This document shows, piece after piece, positions 24,674 through 38,134 of a stretch of DNA of 64,000 nt (its first letter is position 1; every line of letters starts with the position of its first letter). Under the pieces are notes generated by a model. That model had not been told where the DNA came from. It did no database searches and worked only from the letters and a program-made list of their open reading frames with translations. This DNA is from Sphaerodactylus townsendi (taxonomy: Eukaryota). Where the stretch lies: the NCBI RefSeq assembly GCF_021028975.2, contig NC_059428.1, positions 91,264,001-91,328,000 on the forward strand, written 5' to 3'. The translations under genes were made by a program, and so were the position numbers.

Positions 24674-25173
24674 TAACTGTTACTGATTTGTATTCTTTAT
24701 AAAGATAGCAATTTTAAAGGGAGCATGCATTCCATAATAGTTATATTTCTAAGCATCCTAATGTATGTGTTTTTTTTCAAAATTTAGATCTTACAGTTGT
24801 TACATCAAATAAAGCCCTACTCTGAATTTAAATTTTAATTACTTTTTCTTTTGATAGGCATTTTCACCTGTTACAAAATTCTATACTTCACTGGCAATCA
24901 TGTGAAGGTGAACAAATTAGCCAGAATCTTTTTGTCCAGATACTAAAGCCCCCTCTCATTTTTGGTTTAAACCTGCTTTTATTACTGTGTGAAAATATGT
25001 TTTCCTGTACATTTACGCTATTAGCTCCAACCTGAAATTCCTTCTTCAATGTAATGCTATTTCTTTGTCCATGTTTGTCAGAAGGTTTTCTCTTTGCTTG
25101 ATATCGCATTTGCAGAATGTCTTTGTCAGTTTCTAATATCCAAAGTGGTAGATTATTAGGTGTTTTCAATCAC

Positions 25174-25440
25174 NNNNNNNNNNNNNNNNNNNNNNNNNNN
25201 NNNNNNNNNNNNNNNNNNNNNNNNNNNNNNNNNNNNNNNNNNNNNNNNNNNNNNNNNNNNNNNNNNNNNNNNNNNNNNNNNNNNNNNNNNNNNNNNNNNN
25301 NNNNNNNNNNNNNNNNNNNNNNNNNNNNNNNNNNNNNNNNNNNNNNNNNNNNNNNNNNNNNNNNNNNNNNNNNNNNNNNNNNNNNNNNNNNNNNNNNNNN
25401 NNNNNNNNNNNNNNNNNNNNNNNNNNNNNNNNNNNNNNNN
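25174..25440. other. Assembly gap (267 N)
   Basis: Run of N bases. Confidence 1.
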
Positions 25441-25574
25441 TTAGTTTGGAAAATACTCTGAAAATTCCTTCAAATCAAGTTCTACAAAGCAACAAGCCAG
25501 AAACTGATGGTCCAATAATGCCTTTTAATCTTACCCAACATATTAAGAAAAAAGATGCATCCACAATCTGTGTT

Positions 25575-25725
25575 ATGTGTGTTAAATGCTATCAAGTTGC
25601 TTCCAACATACAGTGACCCTATGAATTACTGACCTCCAAAATGTCTGATTGCCAACAAGCCTTGCTCAGGACTTCAGATTAATGGCTGTGGTTTCCTTTA
25701 TTAGGTCAAACCATCTCATATTAGG
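25575..25725 (-). mobile_element. RTE/BovB-like 3' fragment
   Basis: Degenerate 3'-end motifs (atcaagttgcttcc...gaccctatgaat...ccatctcat). Confidence 0.45.
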
Positions 25726-27425
25726 ACAGCAGCAATCTAACTAATCTCAAAATCATGCCATTTTGAAGCAACTGCCAACTACTTCCTTGACTTTTTCTGT
25801 TGACTCCACATCATATTTACTGTTCTTTCACAGCAATGTTTCTAGAACATGAAAAACAGAAGCTAGAGAACTGGCATTCAAAAGGAAGAAAGAGACATAG
25901 TTCCCCCCATCCTGGAACCAATTTTTGCAAAGGGTAAGAAAGAATTTCTAATATGTGTATTTCCAATGTGTATTTCCAATGTCTGTTTCTCACAATCCTT
26001 CGCCCACCCAAGAATTAGGTTTCTCACAATTCATGGGCTGCATTGGACAAGAAACATAACCACATTTGTCACTGAGTTGATTGTCATAGTTGGAAAAAAG
26101 CCAGCAGGTTTCTTGATGGAAACATCATGGAGAAACTTTGGTGGTGAATGAGGTGGGGGGAAGAAACCAGTTTAGTAAGTACCCTGACCTGGATAGCCCA
26201 GGATAGCCCAATCTCATCAGAAGAAGAAACATCATCATCAGCAACAACAACAAGAGACTACCGGTAATTGGGCAGCAGGAATGCTAATTATGAAATGGAT
26301 CTACTCAGTAAAGAAAGCCATGATGTTCAGTTGGCAAGACCAGAACAAGCCTGATTGGATCTTTTTAAGGTTATTAATTCATAGAGTTGCTATAAATCAG
26401 AAGCTGCTTGGCTGCACATAATATACCATGTTAACTGGAACAGATGATAGCAGATAAATCCTAGTAATTTTTGCTGTGGATGTTTATTCTGTAAGTTCCT
26501 ATGGGTAGGGACTTTTCTTTCTCATTTATGTTACTCTATAAAGGTGAATGAGAGGGTAGCAGATAGCTCTCTTCTTTCCCCAAAACTACTTCCAGTGCAC
26601 CTCTGAAATCTTTTAGGCCATTAGCTAGTAACTGTGAATGTGTACTGCATTGTTGATATCCATGCAAGTATAATTAAATCATCATAATTGTAAAATAATT
26701 CTCAGTAATAAAACCAAATGTGTTTAAAAGCAAAAGCCCTACTTGCATGCAGTTCAATTATATTGGAATTTCAAGTGAGAAGCTTCATGAATCACAAATG
26801 TTTGGATTCAGAAGAACGTTTCCCAAAAAAGTGTCACAGTGATTCTTTGGTATGTATTTCAAACTCCTTATCCTTGTTTTGAACCAAAGAATTACTCAGA
26901 GGAACAACTCCCTTCAAATGAAAGTAATGGGAATTATATTTCAATGAAAGGAATTAGGAAACTAGAGGGAAGGACACAGATATATAACTTTAGCCTGATG
27001 GTATACAGTTCACATCCAAGATAGTCAGAGTGGAAAACACATTAGGAAGAAGGAAAATCATTTAAGGAAAGGGAAGAAGCATTAATTTCAAGATACTTGT
27101 GGGAAAATTACCTAAACAATTTTAGTGCAGATTAGATAACATTCCAGATGCTGCAAGGAGCCCAGCTGGTTTTCTTTACAGAGTTCCAAAGTCAGAAATG
27201 TAACTTTCTCTTTAAGACTATACTGACTTCTTTTTCAACATTGCTACGCTTATTAAATCAGAATTTTCATTTATGTCCCACTGTTTTTGAATTTCTCTAT
27301 ATTCTAATGATATGAGAATTATGCTCGGAGTAGAAACATGCAAGACTTGTTCCTCATAATTCAGCCAAATCATAGTTATGGGAAGCATATCCTAGTAATT
27401 TTTGCTGCGGATGTTTATTTTGTAA

Positions 27426-27613
27426 TGTATTGTCGAAGGCTTTCATGGCCGGATTCAACTGGTTGTGGTGGGTTTTCTGGGCTGTATGGCGATGGTATGG
27501 AAGATCTTGTTCCTAACATTTCGCCTGCATCTGTGGCTGGCAGCTTTAGAGGTGTATCACAGAGGGAAATCTCCTCTGAAGATGCCAGCCTCAGATGCAG
27601 GTGAAACGTTAGG
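27426..27613. mobile_element. Penelope pLTR fragment with inverted duplication carrying hammerhead motifs
   Basis: Starts TGTATTGTCGAAGGCTTTCA (pLTR terminus, minus orientation); 27511-27552 and 27571-27613 are inverted copies. Confidence 0.85.
27571..27613 (+). ncRNA. Minimal hammerhead ribozyme motif (Penelope-associated)
   Basis: CCT-CTGAAGA-tgcc..ggt-GAAACGTT-AGG: conserved core with a short stem I (CCT/AGG) and palindromic ACGT stem III. Confidence 0.55.
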
Positions 27614-28019
27614 CCCTCATAGGTTTTAGACTATGCATCTTCATTTGGGGAAAATAACTTCAAAATACAAAGACATTAAATGTACTACAGTTATAACTAC
27701 AAAACATATTACCAACTATTGATACAGATACAAGAACTTCTGGCACATTGAGTCTTTAAAACACAAAAGCCAAGGCCTGTCATTATTTTTATTCATTTAC
27801 ATTTATTTATATTGTAGTTGCAGAAAGAAAGAATGGCCATTTATGCACTTGAGGTGTCCTTCACATGGAATGTGCATTCTTTCCAGGTTTGATTCTCAGT
27901 TACACACATGTTTTCCCCTCTGCAAAACTCACTGTGCTCTCAGATCAGAGAATCTCCACTGTTTCTGAAAGTCTAAGTAAAAAGATGTGTTTTGACCTGG
28001 AACATAAAAGAAAGTAAAG

Positions 28020-29130
28020 AGAGGGGCTCAGACTTAGCTGGGCCCCCATTTTCAAGTCCATGTTGGGTGGTTCAAGTGTGTTCATTTGCAGGACTCCCCC
28101 TCCTTTTTTCTTGAAGCTTCCCAGTTCACTTAGTAGCCCTGGCATGGCTCAGAGGGATTTACACAAGGTACAGGGCCAGTCTAGCACCATGACTCATCCC
28201 ACAAAATCAAGTGGGCACAGACAGAAAGGAAAACCCCTTTCATCCCCTCATTCCCTCAGGCTTGTTGCAAGTGGTGAAGAAACTTCTGAGTGTGTGGAGC
28301 AGAAGCGGGCTATCTAGCAGACCATGAGCCCCCTAAGCAGTGCTGTTCCTATGGACATCCAAGCCGTTCCACAGCTGGAGAAGGGTCAAGTCTGTCTGTC
28401 AAGGGCAGAAAAGACCTGTGTGAGCTACTGTCTGCAAGTTTGCTAGTTCCAGTAGTTCCGATCAGTTCTCTCAGGTATGGCATAAACCAAAAAAAAATGA
28501 GAAATAAAAGGAAGCCATGAGGGCATGGAGTCATGAGGAATTGGACAGCATTAGACCATCAATTGAGTTCTCTTCAGGGGTGTGTGTGTGACTCTTCTCC
28601 AGGGGTTTATTGGCAGTCAGCTGCTCACATTTCAGAGTACCTGACTGGGACCACTGTGATTGGGACCTGATTGGGACCACTGTGGACCGGGGAAATGTTG
28701 GACCAAAGCTGTGTGGGGGCTGATGGGTGCATTGGGCCTTCTCCACCTGTATTCACATTTGAGGACCATGAGGACTCACTGGGCAACCATCTGTCACGCA
28801 AGTTTTAAGAGCAGATTCTAGATGCCTGCTACATGAATGTATTTTCCCTCCTGAAGTCTGAATGTGATGAGGAGATATGCAGCTGTGCTCAAAAAGGGAA
28901 TAAGAAGGGCAGGCATCCCAACTTGGCTGACTGCATGTTTAGTAACTGGTTGGCAGGTTATACTGTATATATGGGCAAGATGCTCTCAGTTTGCCCTGAG
29001 AGGGGTTGGCACCTGATTAATCACCCGTACAAAGTCCCTCAGGCCAGCCCTTTGCTGGTGAGGCAGCTGCCATTGAGCTCAATTAGGTGTTCCATAAACG
29101 GGTGTCTCAGAGTCATTAAAACTCTCATTA
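28020..29130 (+). mobile_element. DIRS/Ngaro-like retrotransposon gag(ORF1)-like remnant
   Basis: Peptide HLSRKF..QILDACYMNVFSLLK...CMFSNWLAGYTVYMGKMLSVCPERGWHLINH resembles vertebrate DIRS/Ngaro ORF1 (YVDIFSLL...F.NWL.AF..Y pattern, from recall); flanked by 52-bp direct repeats. Confidence 0.55.
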
Positions 29131-29560
29131 AAAGTCTAAGTAAAAAGATATGTTTTGACCTGGCACATAAAAGAAAGTAAAGTAGGCACCAGGAGACCCT
29201 CAAGGGACAGGGCATTCCAGAAGTGAGGTCACAACAGAAAATTCTCTGTCTTGCTCATGTCTGAAGGCAGGGGCACAGAGAACAGAGTTTGAGAGGCAGA
29301 TCTTAATTGGCAGACTGGGTAGTATGGCCAGAGACAGTCCATGTACCTTGTCCTGAAGCCATTTAGTGTCTTAAAGGTAAGCACTAGCATTTTGAATTGT
29401 GTGTAGAAACAGATGGCTAACAGGTTCAGATCTTGCAGCACACAGGTGATACGATCCCTGTAACCAACTCACAACAGTAACATAGCCTCCTCATTTTAGA
29501 CCAATTGAAGCTTCCAAAACCATTTTCAAAGTCAACTCTGTTGGAAAAAGCAATGTGACC
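29131..29560 (-). mobile_element. Old L2 3' fragment
   Basis: Minus-strand peptide FKMLVLTFKTLNGFRTRYMDCLWPYYPVCQLRSASQTLFSVP, typical of the L2 ORF2 C-terminus. Confidence 0.75.
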
Positions 29561-29581
29561 TAATTTGCATAGAATGTTTAC

Positions 29582-29889
29582 GAGCAGCACGTTGCATAGG
29601 AGGTTAAGAGCTCGTGTATCTAATCTGGAGGAACTGGGTTTGATTCTCCGCTCTGCCACCTGAGCTGTGGAGGCTTATCTGGGGAATTCAGATTAGCCTG
29701 TATACTCCCACACATGCCAGCTGGGTGACCTTGGGCTAGTCACAGCTTCTTGGAGCTCTCTCAGCCCCACCTACCTCACAGGGTGTTTATTGTGAGGGGG
29801 AAGGGCAAGGAGATTGTAGACCCCTTTGAGTCTCCTACAGGAGAGAAAGGGGGGATATAAATCCAAACTCTTCTTCTTCTTCTCTTCTT
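29582..29889 (+). mobile_element. Full-length tRNA-derived SINE (Squam3-like)
   Basis: tRNA-like head, body colinear with the 13283 copy, (CTT)n tail. Confidence 0.85.
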
Positions 29890-32839
29890 TAAGAAGGGAG
29901 GGGGTTGTTTGCTCAGAATGTTCACTCCAGAATTAGCTCCTCCCCTCTGGTGCCACTTCAACTGTCAATGAATATCATATTCTCCTCAGAAAAGATGTAA
30001 ACTGCCTCTCTGTGTACTGTTTTACTGTTGTGTTTGTATAATGTTATAAAGTTGTTATTATTCTTAAAATAAACACTGTTTAATCTCTATCTTACAAACT
30101 CAATGTAGTGCACATCACAATCCTTTAAACTGGATGTGTTTGAAGTATGTATGTGACCAGATCATTATAGCTGGTGAGCCAACTAGAACTGATAAAATGC
30201 ACTATGTGCAATGGAGTAGGCTACGATCATAGTCGGGATCCGGTAGCACCCCAAGCAATGAAACTGCATCTTCAGCAGAAATGCAGCCTCCTCTGGGACA
30301 TGCTAGCGCCACAGTTCCCAAGCTGTTTCTCCATTGACCAACACCATTTCAGTCTTTTCTGAAATGAGCTTCAATTTATAGGTCCTCATCCATCTAATTA
30401 TCCGATTCATGTACCTGTTCAGAACCCAGCTAACTTAGCTGTTAAGAAGTAATAGAGCAGAATGTCTGCCATATATCAGAGACACCTCACTCCAGATCTC
30501 TGAACAACCTCTTCTAGCAATTCCACATGCATGTGAAATTATCCGTATTGCACTTCTCAAATCACATGACCAACATGCCCATGATTTTTGAAAACAAAAA
30601 TAGGGCTTCCAGAAGCTACAAATTAAATCATTTTTCTCTAGAACCACAAAATAAATGATTTTTCTCTAATAGTATTTCTATTACTATGCTGCTGAACCTT
30701 CATATCAAGACAATGCTCAGATTTCTAGACCAGATAACCCTCCTCTAACCCTCACCTTCTTCCTGACCCCAACTTATATCTTGTTCTCTCTGTGTCTGTC
30801 TACCTGCTTTACTATAATCCCCCCTCTCTCTTTCTCTCTCTTAGTCTTTCTTTTTCTCAATCAAGCTTTATCAGGGATTTACCAGTAGCATTTTTCTCAA
30901 GCCAAATTGGAGATATCTCTTTTCCATTTGTCTTTCAATCATTTTTCATCTTTATTCCTGAGCCTTTCTCCAGTTGTAGTTTTAACTAGTCATATCTTCT
31001 TTTAATATCTTTAGCTCCATACAATTGGGGTAACATTCTAAAAAACTGTGCCTTTCTGTCACGCAGTAGATCCTCCCTCCCAAATGTGAACCAGATAGAA
31101 AAACATTATCCTGCTTTTGAGACATTGGAAGACACAAATTATCTCCAGCTCTAGTCTATTCTTCATCCTATCTAATTAAAATGACATTCTCAGAATTGTA
31201 GCCATCACCAAGGGATTTACTCTGCCAAATAGCATGCAGAGAGAAGAAACATTACCTATTTTACAGGTTATTAAAATTCTTCCTTGCATATTGACTGTAT
31301 GAAGGTCTAAGGATGAGGGATTGACCTCCCGCCTAAGTTTGTTCCTCATGCCAGGATCCTTATGAGGGCAAGAAGTGAGAAAATCTAAAATGGAAAGAAT
31401 GAGGGGTACTAAATCCTTCACAGAAAACATGAAGCTTGTAGTTGTTTCAGTCATTTCAGAATTCTTCTTCCAACCTGTTTTACTTAATTTATGGTTCCCC
31501 CCCCCCCAAAATCAGGTGAGAAGCAAGCAGGCTTTCTTAGAAAACCTGCTTCATGTAGTGAGATAGAGCCCAGCTGCTACATCCTTTCATCCATAATCTC
31601 TGTGTTTTATAAAACATATACACCCACTTTAAGAGGAAAGTTGAGAGTAGTTGTGTCTCATACCCCTAGTTTGTTTTGTGTTTGCAGGAGACTTTAGGTA
31701 GGACACATTGAAAGCTAAAAAGAAGATGAACCCTAGCAAATCCTACTGGAACACTTTTAACTTTCCTCAATATTTCTACATTTTTTTAACGTTCTTACAC
31801 AGATTTTGCCTAGGGAGATTTTCACTTCTAATTACAGAACTTCAGAATTTCTAACCGATCGTCAGTGTGTTATGATAGTTTTCAAATGAATTCTATAAAC
31901 ATCTTATCAAGCCTGAATACTGTAATTGGGAGATCCGCTTCTAAGAGCCTTTAGAATTGCAGCCTTGGTCTTTCAATTCACCTGTTTCAATTGCAATGCC
32001 ATCTTGCAGTATTCTTTAGTGCTGTGCTGGGTTTCTCTTCTCTCTATACATGAACCACTAGAGGCCACCCCACACCTCTTAAAGAAACATGTTTTCCCTG
32101 GGGAATATTTTATTGTAACCTATGATTAAACAAAGTTGTCTTTTTTTGTAGTGTTTCCTTGCTTTGTCTATAGGGAAAGTATCATTATTAAATTTCCTCA
32201 CATTCTCAAAATCCCATCACAGTAGAACTTCATCCATGGCAACAAGATGTAAAAACAGTAGGTGTAAGAATTCTGAGACATGTTGAGGAGATATTCCTGC
32301 AAAAGATTCTTTAATTTTAGCAATAGATTAAAAACAAGAAACATGTTATAGCATATACACTAAATTGCTTACTCATGAGAATATGTCTGCAGCACAGACG
32401 TCAATATACAAACCCTATTTTTATAACCCAGGGGATTAATTATTCAAGGACAAACTTCCAGAGTAGCTCTTCAATTCATAATAACGTAGACAAAGGAAGT
32501 ATTGACTATTGTTTATAATCTTTCACATTTATAATGGAGTACCATGAATGGACTGAGCTTGAAATCTTTAAATTCATGCATGTTTAAGATTTTGAATCTG
32601 ACGGGAGCGTTTTAATCAGGGGAAACCTAGAGATTTTAAAAAGCATTTATTAGTTAACATGCCTTTTCTGTTTAAAAATGTATAATAAATTATTGTTTCA
32701 GTTTTTAAATGTTGTGTTACTGATCCTGCATTCCTGTTTACACGACCACAAATGTCTAGATAGAGACCTTATTATTATTTATAATATATTAATGATATTG
32801 CTGTCCCCAAACTTTCTAATAAAATGTGTAATCAATAAA

Positions 32840-33700
32840 AATACATCTCAACAAATAGGCTTAATGAATGTATGGAGTCCCGCTATGGGCCAGTGTAGCG
32901 GTCAAGACATTTACTTCGGATCCCAAATTGCTTGGCCTATTATAGATTATATTACGAATCAGGTCTAAATCTACTAGAAACCAAGATCTGGATGTGCATT
33001 ATCAAATTTTGGCTTTGCATCAATTTTAGCACCAATCCTAGCACTCTGATTTGGGACATGTTTTCTGATATGTTTCCCTCTAATTGGGATTCTCATATAA
33101 GAAAGAAGATTGCATCAGTCTCCCAGTAGACTCTTTGCTAAATATAGATGGGAATCAGGCACTCAGAATATTGAAACAGAGGTTATTTGACATCGATAAA
33201 CAATTCATATTATCACAGGTTCACAGATCTGGTTTGTCAGTGAGTCCTAAAATTTCAGAAATCGGATCCCTTCCTGAGTACTTCACTTCTTTAGTTTTTC
33301 TTCTATTGCAATGTGCCTTCATGCAGGCATGCCTTAACATCTTATCTACATCAGTGTTAACTGGCCGATTCCTCATGATCAAAGGCTGTGTCCTTGCTCC
33401 TCCAACTGACAGGAAACAGTTGCTCATGTTCTGCTTGAATGTGAACTATGTCTGAGTGCAACACTTGCTGGGGATACATTTAAACCATCTTCACCCTTCT
33501 TACAGACATTGTGATTGCCCAAAAGCTTCTTTTTAAATTTTTAATCACTAGATAACTCTAGATGTAGCTTTATTTTTAATGAAAGCAATGAAAATTAGAT
33601 CTTCTATCAACTGAAAATTTTAATTTTAATTTATTATCTTGGAGTGATGTTATAGGATATTACTATGCCAATAAAGGTTCTGGAATTGGAACTGGAATTG
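32840..33700 (+). mobile_element. Degenerate LINE 3' portion (RTE-X-like)
   Basis: Peptides ESGLNLLETKIWMCIIKFWL and LSTSVLTGRF; CCHC-like CPC..QETVAHVLLEC; ends ATGCCAATAAAGG+(TGGAAY)n tail. Confidence 0.55.
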
Positions 33701-33877
33701 ACATGAAACACACAGGTGATTACATTGTTTGAGAAGTTGATCATATCTCTAACAGTGAAGTAGACTGAAGTAGAGCCTTTCTTAGGTTACTTGTGGGACT
33801 GTCACATGGGATGAATGACCTTTTCCTACAAGACTGAATTTTATGTAACTTGATTATATAGTAGATTTTATAGTACA

Positions 33878-34329
33878 GGTTAGCCATCATTATGGTTGAA
33901 AAATCTGGCTTGGGAGATTCCTGGAGATTGGAGGGGAGGGGGAATGTCTAGGCAGGAGAGAGGGAGAAGCGCAGTGAATATGTGATTACATAGAGTCCAC
34001 CATGCCATTTCTGTAAACTAGAGATCATTTGTAATTCCCGGAGAACTCCAGGCTTTACCTGCAGATTTGGCAACCCTACCATTAATAATGCCAATACTGG
34101 TATAGCCAAGGCCTAGGGTTGCCAGCTTCAGGTTGGGAAATTCCTGGAGATTTGGGGGTAGACTCTGGGGAAGACTGGCTTTGGGAAAGGAAGGACTTCA
34201 GTAGCATATAATGCCATAGACTCAACCCTCCAAAGCTGCCATCTTCTCTAGGGGAACTGTTTTCTGTCATCTGGAGATCAGTTGGAATTCTGGGAGATCT
34301 TTTGGGCCTTCCTGGTGGTTGGCAACCAT
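33878..34329. mobile_element. Two adjacent hAT (Blackjack-like) MITEs
   Basis: ...TGGCAACCCTA end at ~34078; TAGGGTTGCCA start at 34114, ending TGGCAACCATA at ~34329. Confidence 0.7.
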
Positions 34330-37300
34330 ACCAAAGCCATACTGCTCAGCTCTTTCTGAAAAATGTCCTTATAATGAGTGATGTGTGAGTACCAGCTTCT
34401 TTCTACATGTTTTGTCCCACTTAGATGGACTTTTACAGCAGTTATTTTAATAAGTTCCATAGTTTCCAAGCTATAACCTCAGCAGCTGCTATGTTTTAGC
34501 ATTTCACATATTCTGAGTCATTGTTCTGAGAAGCTGAAAAAAGAGAATACTTTGGGGAGCAAATTGTGGTAGTTTATGAGAAGCATCATGGTTGAAAGAC
34601 ATGTTAAAAATCAGACACCAAATTTGAGTCTTTTGTCTATCAACAGAAATAGCTTTTAGCTTAACTAAGTCTCTCCAGCATTGGAGTATTTTAGCACTTG
34701 CTTGCTATGTTTATTCAGCTGCTGGTTTGTCGTTCAAAACTAGGGAGCTACCAGCTTCAGTTAGTTTGCATAGATGTGGGGAGGTCTAACATGATTATAC
34801 ATGATTAATATTTTCTGTAAACTGCACCAAATCCTTGGTGTCCACTTTTGTTACAAACCAACTTCTGGAGTTATTCTTAATTTTTTAAAATATCCAATAT
34901 ATGCTCATTGTAGAAGCATCCACACCAAGGACTGACTCAGCTCAAAAGCTAAATATTATTACAGCAAAGTTTGGATCAACAAGACTCTCTGTATAAAATT
35001 CCAATCCTGCAAAAATTACACAATGGGGCTAGTTCTGAAGTGGGAGAGTCTGTGAGGTCTGGGAAATACTTCTTCCAAAGTTAAAAAAAACCCAAAAACT
35101 TAAATTTTAAAAAGGTCAAAGAAAGATAAAAGAAAGATCAAATACTTTTTTTAAAAAATCACAAAGTTTAGAAATGACAAGCTTCCATGACATTGCCTCC
35201 TGAGATCTTTGCAGCCTAGGAAAGATACTTATTAACCCCATCCTTCACTGGATTTATATTATAGGGTTAATTAATTTTATATTGTTTTTACTGTATTAAA
35301 TATTTTAAACTGCTCTGAGCCTGGTTAACAGGGGAGAGTGCTCTAGCAATTCAATAAACACAACCGTACATACATTCTTCCACCTGAGAAGGTGAGAGAA
35401 AGATGTTTCAAGGGACACTAGAAACTCCTGAAGCCTTCATAAATCTTAAAATATAAACCTGTTAGAATGATGAGGCATAATATGTACAAAATCTAGGTTT
35501 CTCTACTCTGCTCAGTAAACTATTCAGACTTCCATATGGATGATTAAGTGAATTTCCAAGTTTACCATGTTCTTTCTGCCTCCAGTTTCAAGCTTTTAAA
35601 AGCAGTCCACGTCTATTTAGAGATTAACCTGTGTTGCCTTTCCCTTTAAAGCTTTAAATTTTTGGTTCTCTGTAACTTATTTACAGTAAAGAGTTCAATG
35701 ATACTGTCTTTTTCAAAAAAAAAAAACCCCACTTGTTCCTCATAAACCTTAATATCTGATTTATCAGCTGTTATTAAGAATGGTCTTGAGACAAGATCTG
35801 TTTAATATCTGACACAGAGAAATTGTAGATCTTATGCTTACTGTACATCCCAGTGGAATGCCCCATGTTTAAATATCTTCTGACACAAAACTGGCGGCTG
35901 GGACTAATCAGATTACACTATGGGCTGAAAAGGCGGGTAACCTTTATCCTTTCAAGAGAAGTATGCACAGCAAAGCTACTGGACATGTGAATGTTAAAAG
36001 TAGTCCACTTTCCACTAAAGCAAAATTGATTATAAATATCTGTTAGACTTTGAGCTATCTTTCCAGAAAAGGAGTTGTCACTGGGACTATTTTGTAAGAT
36101 GTATTTTTAAAATAGTAGGATGCAATGGAAACTTTTCTATTTTATTTATTCCCAGGCAGGGCAATGAGGAATAGTAGGACATGGACAACTACACGGTTCT
36201 TTCCTTTTTTACTTTGGCTGCCCTCATCAATAACTTCCAGAATATTTTCAGACCCCATCAGACCAGTTTTTTTTTAGTTTTTCTGAATTATATTTTTCTG
36301 GGTCTGTGGGTGGCCTAGGTTTTCTGCTTTCATCATCCACCAGGGCCTAGTTTCTTTATTCATATGTATGTGAGGAAACAGAATAAAAATGTTGATTGAG
36401 AAGTGAAGGCAACAGGGAGGAAGAATTCATAGTCATCCCTGAATATACAGGACAATCAATATCAAGATGCTTTAAATTTGTTCTTTCATTTTATCCCACC
36501 CTTCCTTCAGAGAGTTAGAAGAAGTGTCTCTTCCCCCACCACAAACACACTATTTTGTCTTTGTAGAAAGAAAATTAGGCAGAAAGAGGCTGACTGGTTG
36601 CAGATCTCTTGATGCTGCTGTGAATGGCAGCAGAAATTAGGAGTCCTTTGTCCCCACCATGAAGGATTGTAATCCTATGGCTATATGGAAAATCAGACCA
36701 AAAGCCCAAGTTCTAGTTCAACACAGTGGTAATCTGTAATAGAGATAATATTTGCATTTCTGTAATAAATCTTAATTTTTCTTTAAAGAGAAAAGCATTT
36801 TAAAAATAGTTACATTTGTCCATTAGGAGAGCAATCCTAAGCAGACCTGTTCAGGTGTATTCAGTGGGGCGTACTCCCAGGAAAGTGTAATTTAGAGTCT
36901 GTGGAATTTAATCTGGGAAGAGGAACGGAAGGAGTTTATGAGCCACTTTGAGACTCCTTATGATTGAGAAAAGCAGGGTATAAAAACGAACTGTTCTTCT
37001 CAAGACTGCACTGTGACTATATCATGCTATTGGACTAAGGGTTTGATCATATGTGGAATTCTCAGAGATTTTGGTTTGATATTTTAACACTAAATGAGTG
37101 TTTTAACACTAAATGAGAATCTTAAGGAGCTGTCTTCCTCTTTGGTCCCCTTTTGCTTTCTTAGGTACTAACAATTAAATCATGAAGGACACAAGGAAGG
37201 AGTTGATACTCTCCTGACCTTGAAATTTCCTGTTTGCTGTGTAGACATTAAGGGGGAAGGGCTATTTAGGACCACAGCTGTACCAGCATATATGTTAGAG

Positions 37301-38134
37301 CAGGCAGACGTGAAAGCAACACACACCTGCTCTTTTGCAGAAACTCCATTTGGGTGTGCCAAAACATGAACAGAAATATCATCTTAACAATAATTCAGAG
37401 ACCAGGGGCATTTTGTATTTGGACAGTGATACAGAGTGCCTCAAGGAATAAGCTCATGTTAAGAGAGAGCCATACCCTAAAAGTATTCATTGGCTAATTT
37501 TACAAGCTTAAAATAATTTTGAATGTATAATACATTTGATGACAGATAAGGCCTGATGGTTAAAGTCTTATTTAAGGATGAGTTCTTGCTTGGTATTTAA
37601 GCTCGAGGCTGCATTTGCATCCGTTCTATTTGTTTATGTTGCTTTGAAATTAGACAAAAGGAATTTTTATCTATAGCATACATCATTAACTGAATGATAT
37701 TCACATGTCAAGCCATCATTTCCATGTGAAGACCCAGTATTTGTATTAAGCAGGTCCTCATTTCATATTCATAACATTTCTATTCATGTACACTATGTCC
37801 AATATATACAGAACTGACCTCCCAAGTGCATATGTGCATATTTCTGAGAATCGTTAGCTCATAGAATGGGAGACGGAAGCACATTGGTTATTGATGTCAT
37901 TGGTTATTGATGTCATTGGTGTTGCAAGCTTAGCAGACAGTGGCATTCTCATGTTGATTAAATCCATCTTGTTCTCTTCTCCTGTTGGACAGCTGTGTGG
38001 AAAGAGGCCAAAAAGCACCAATGAGAGTGATAATTAGATGTTCCTGACTAACAGTACAAGTGGATTGTCTAGGTCTACATATGGAACTTTAAGAGATTAT
38101 TCAGTTCAAATGTGGCACAGTGGTTAAAGTGGCG

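Noticed and set aside
25117-25461. ORFs spanning poly-X
   Set aside because: Artefacts of the N gap.
29582-29660. tRNA gene-like A/B boxes (also at 13283)
   Set aside because: These are SINE heads, with no full cloverleaf.
36140-37200. Acceptor-like sites (36155, 37164; also 56267, 59044, 62280)
   Set aside because: No convincing paired donor or coding frame; such sites are expected by chance in AT-rich DNA.
37081-37920. Short two-copy tandem duplications (19-mer at ~37082, 16-mer at ~37882; also ~25954 and ~54468)
   Set aside because: Ordinary slippage duplications with no further structure.
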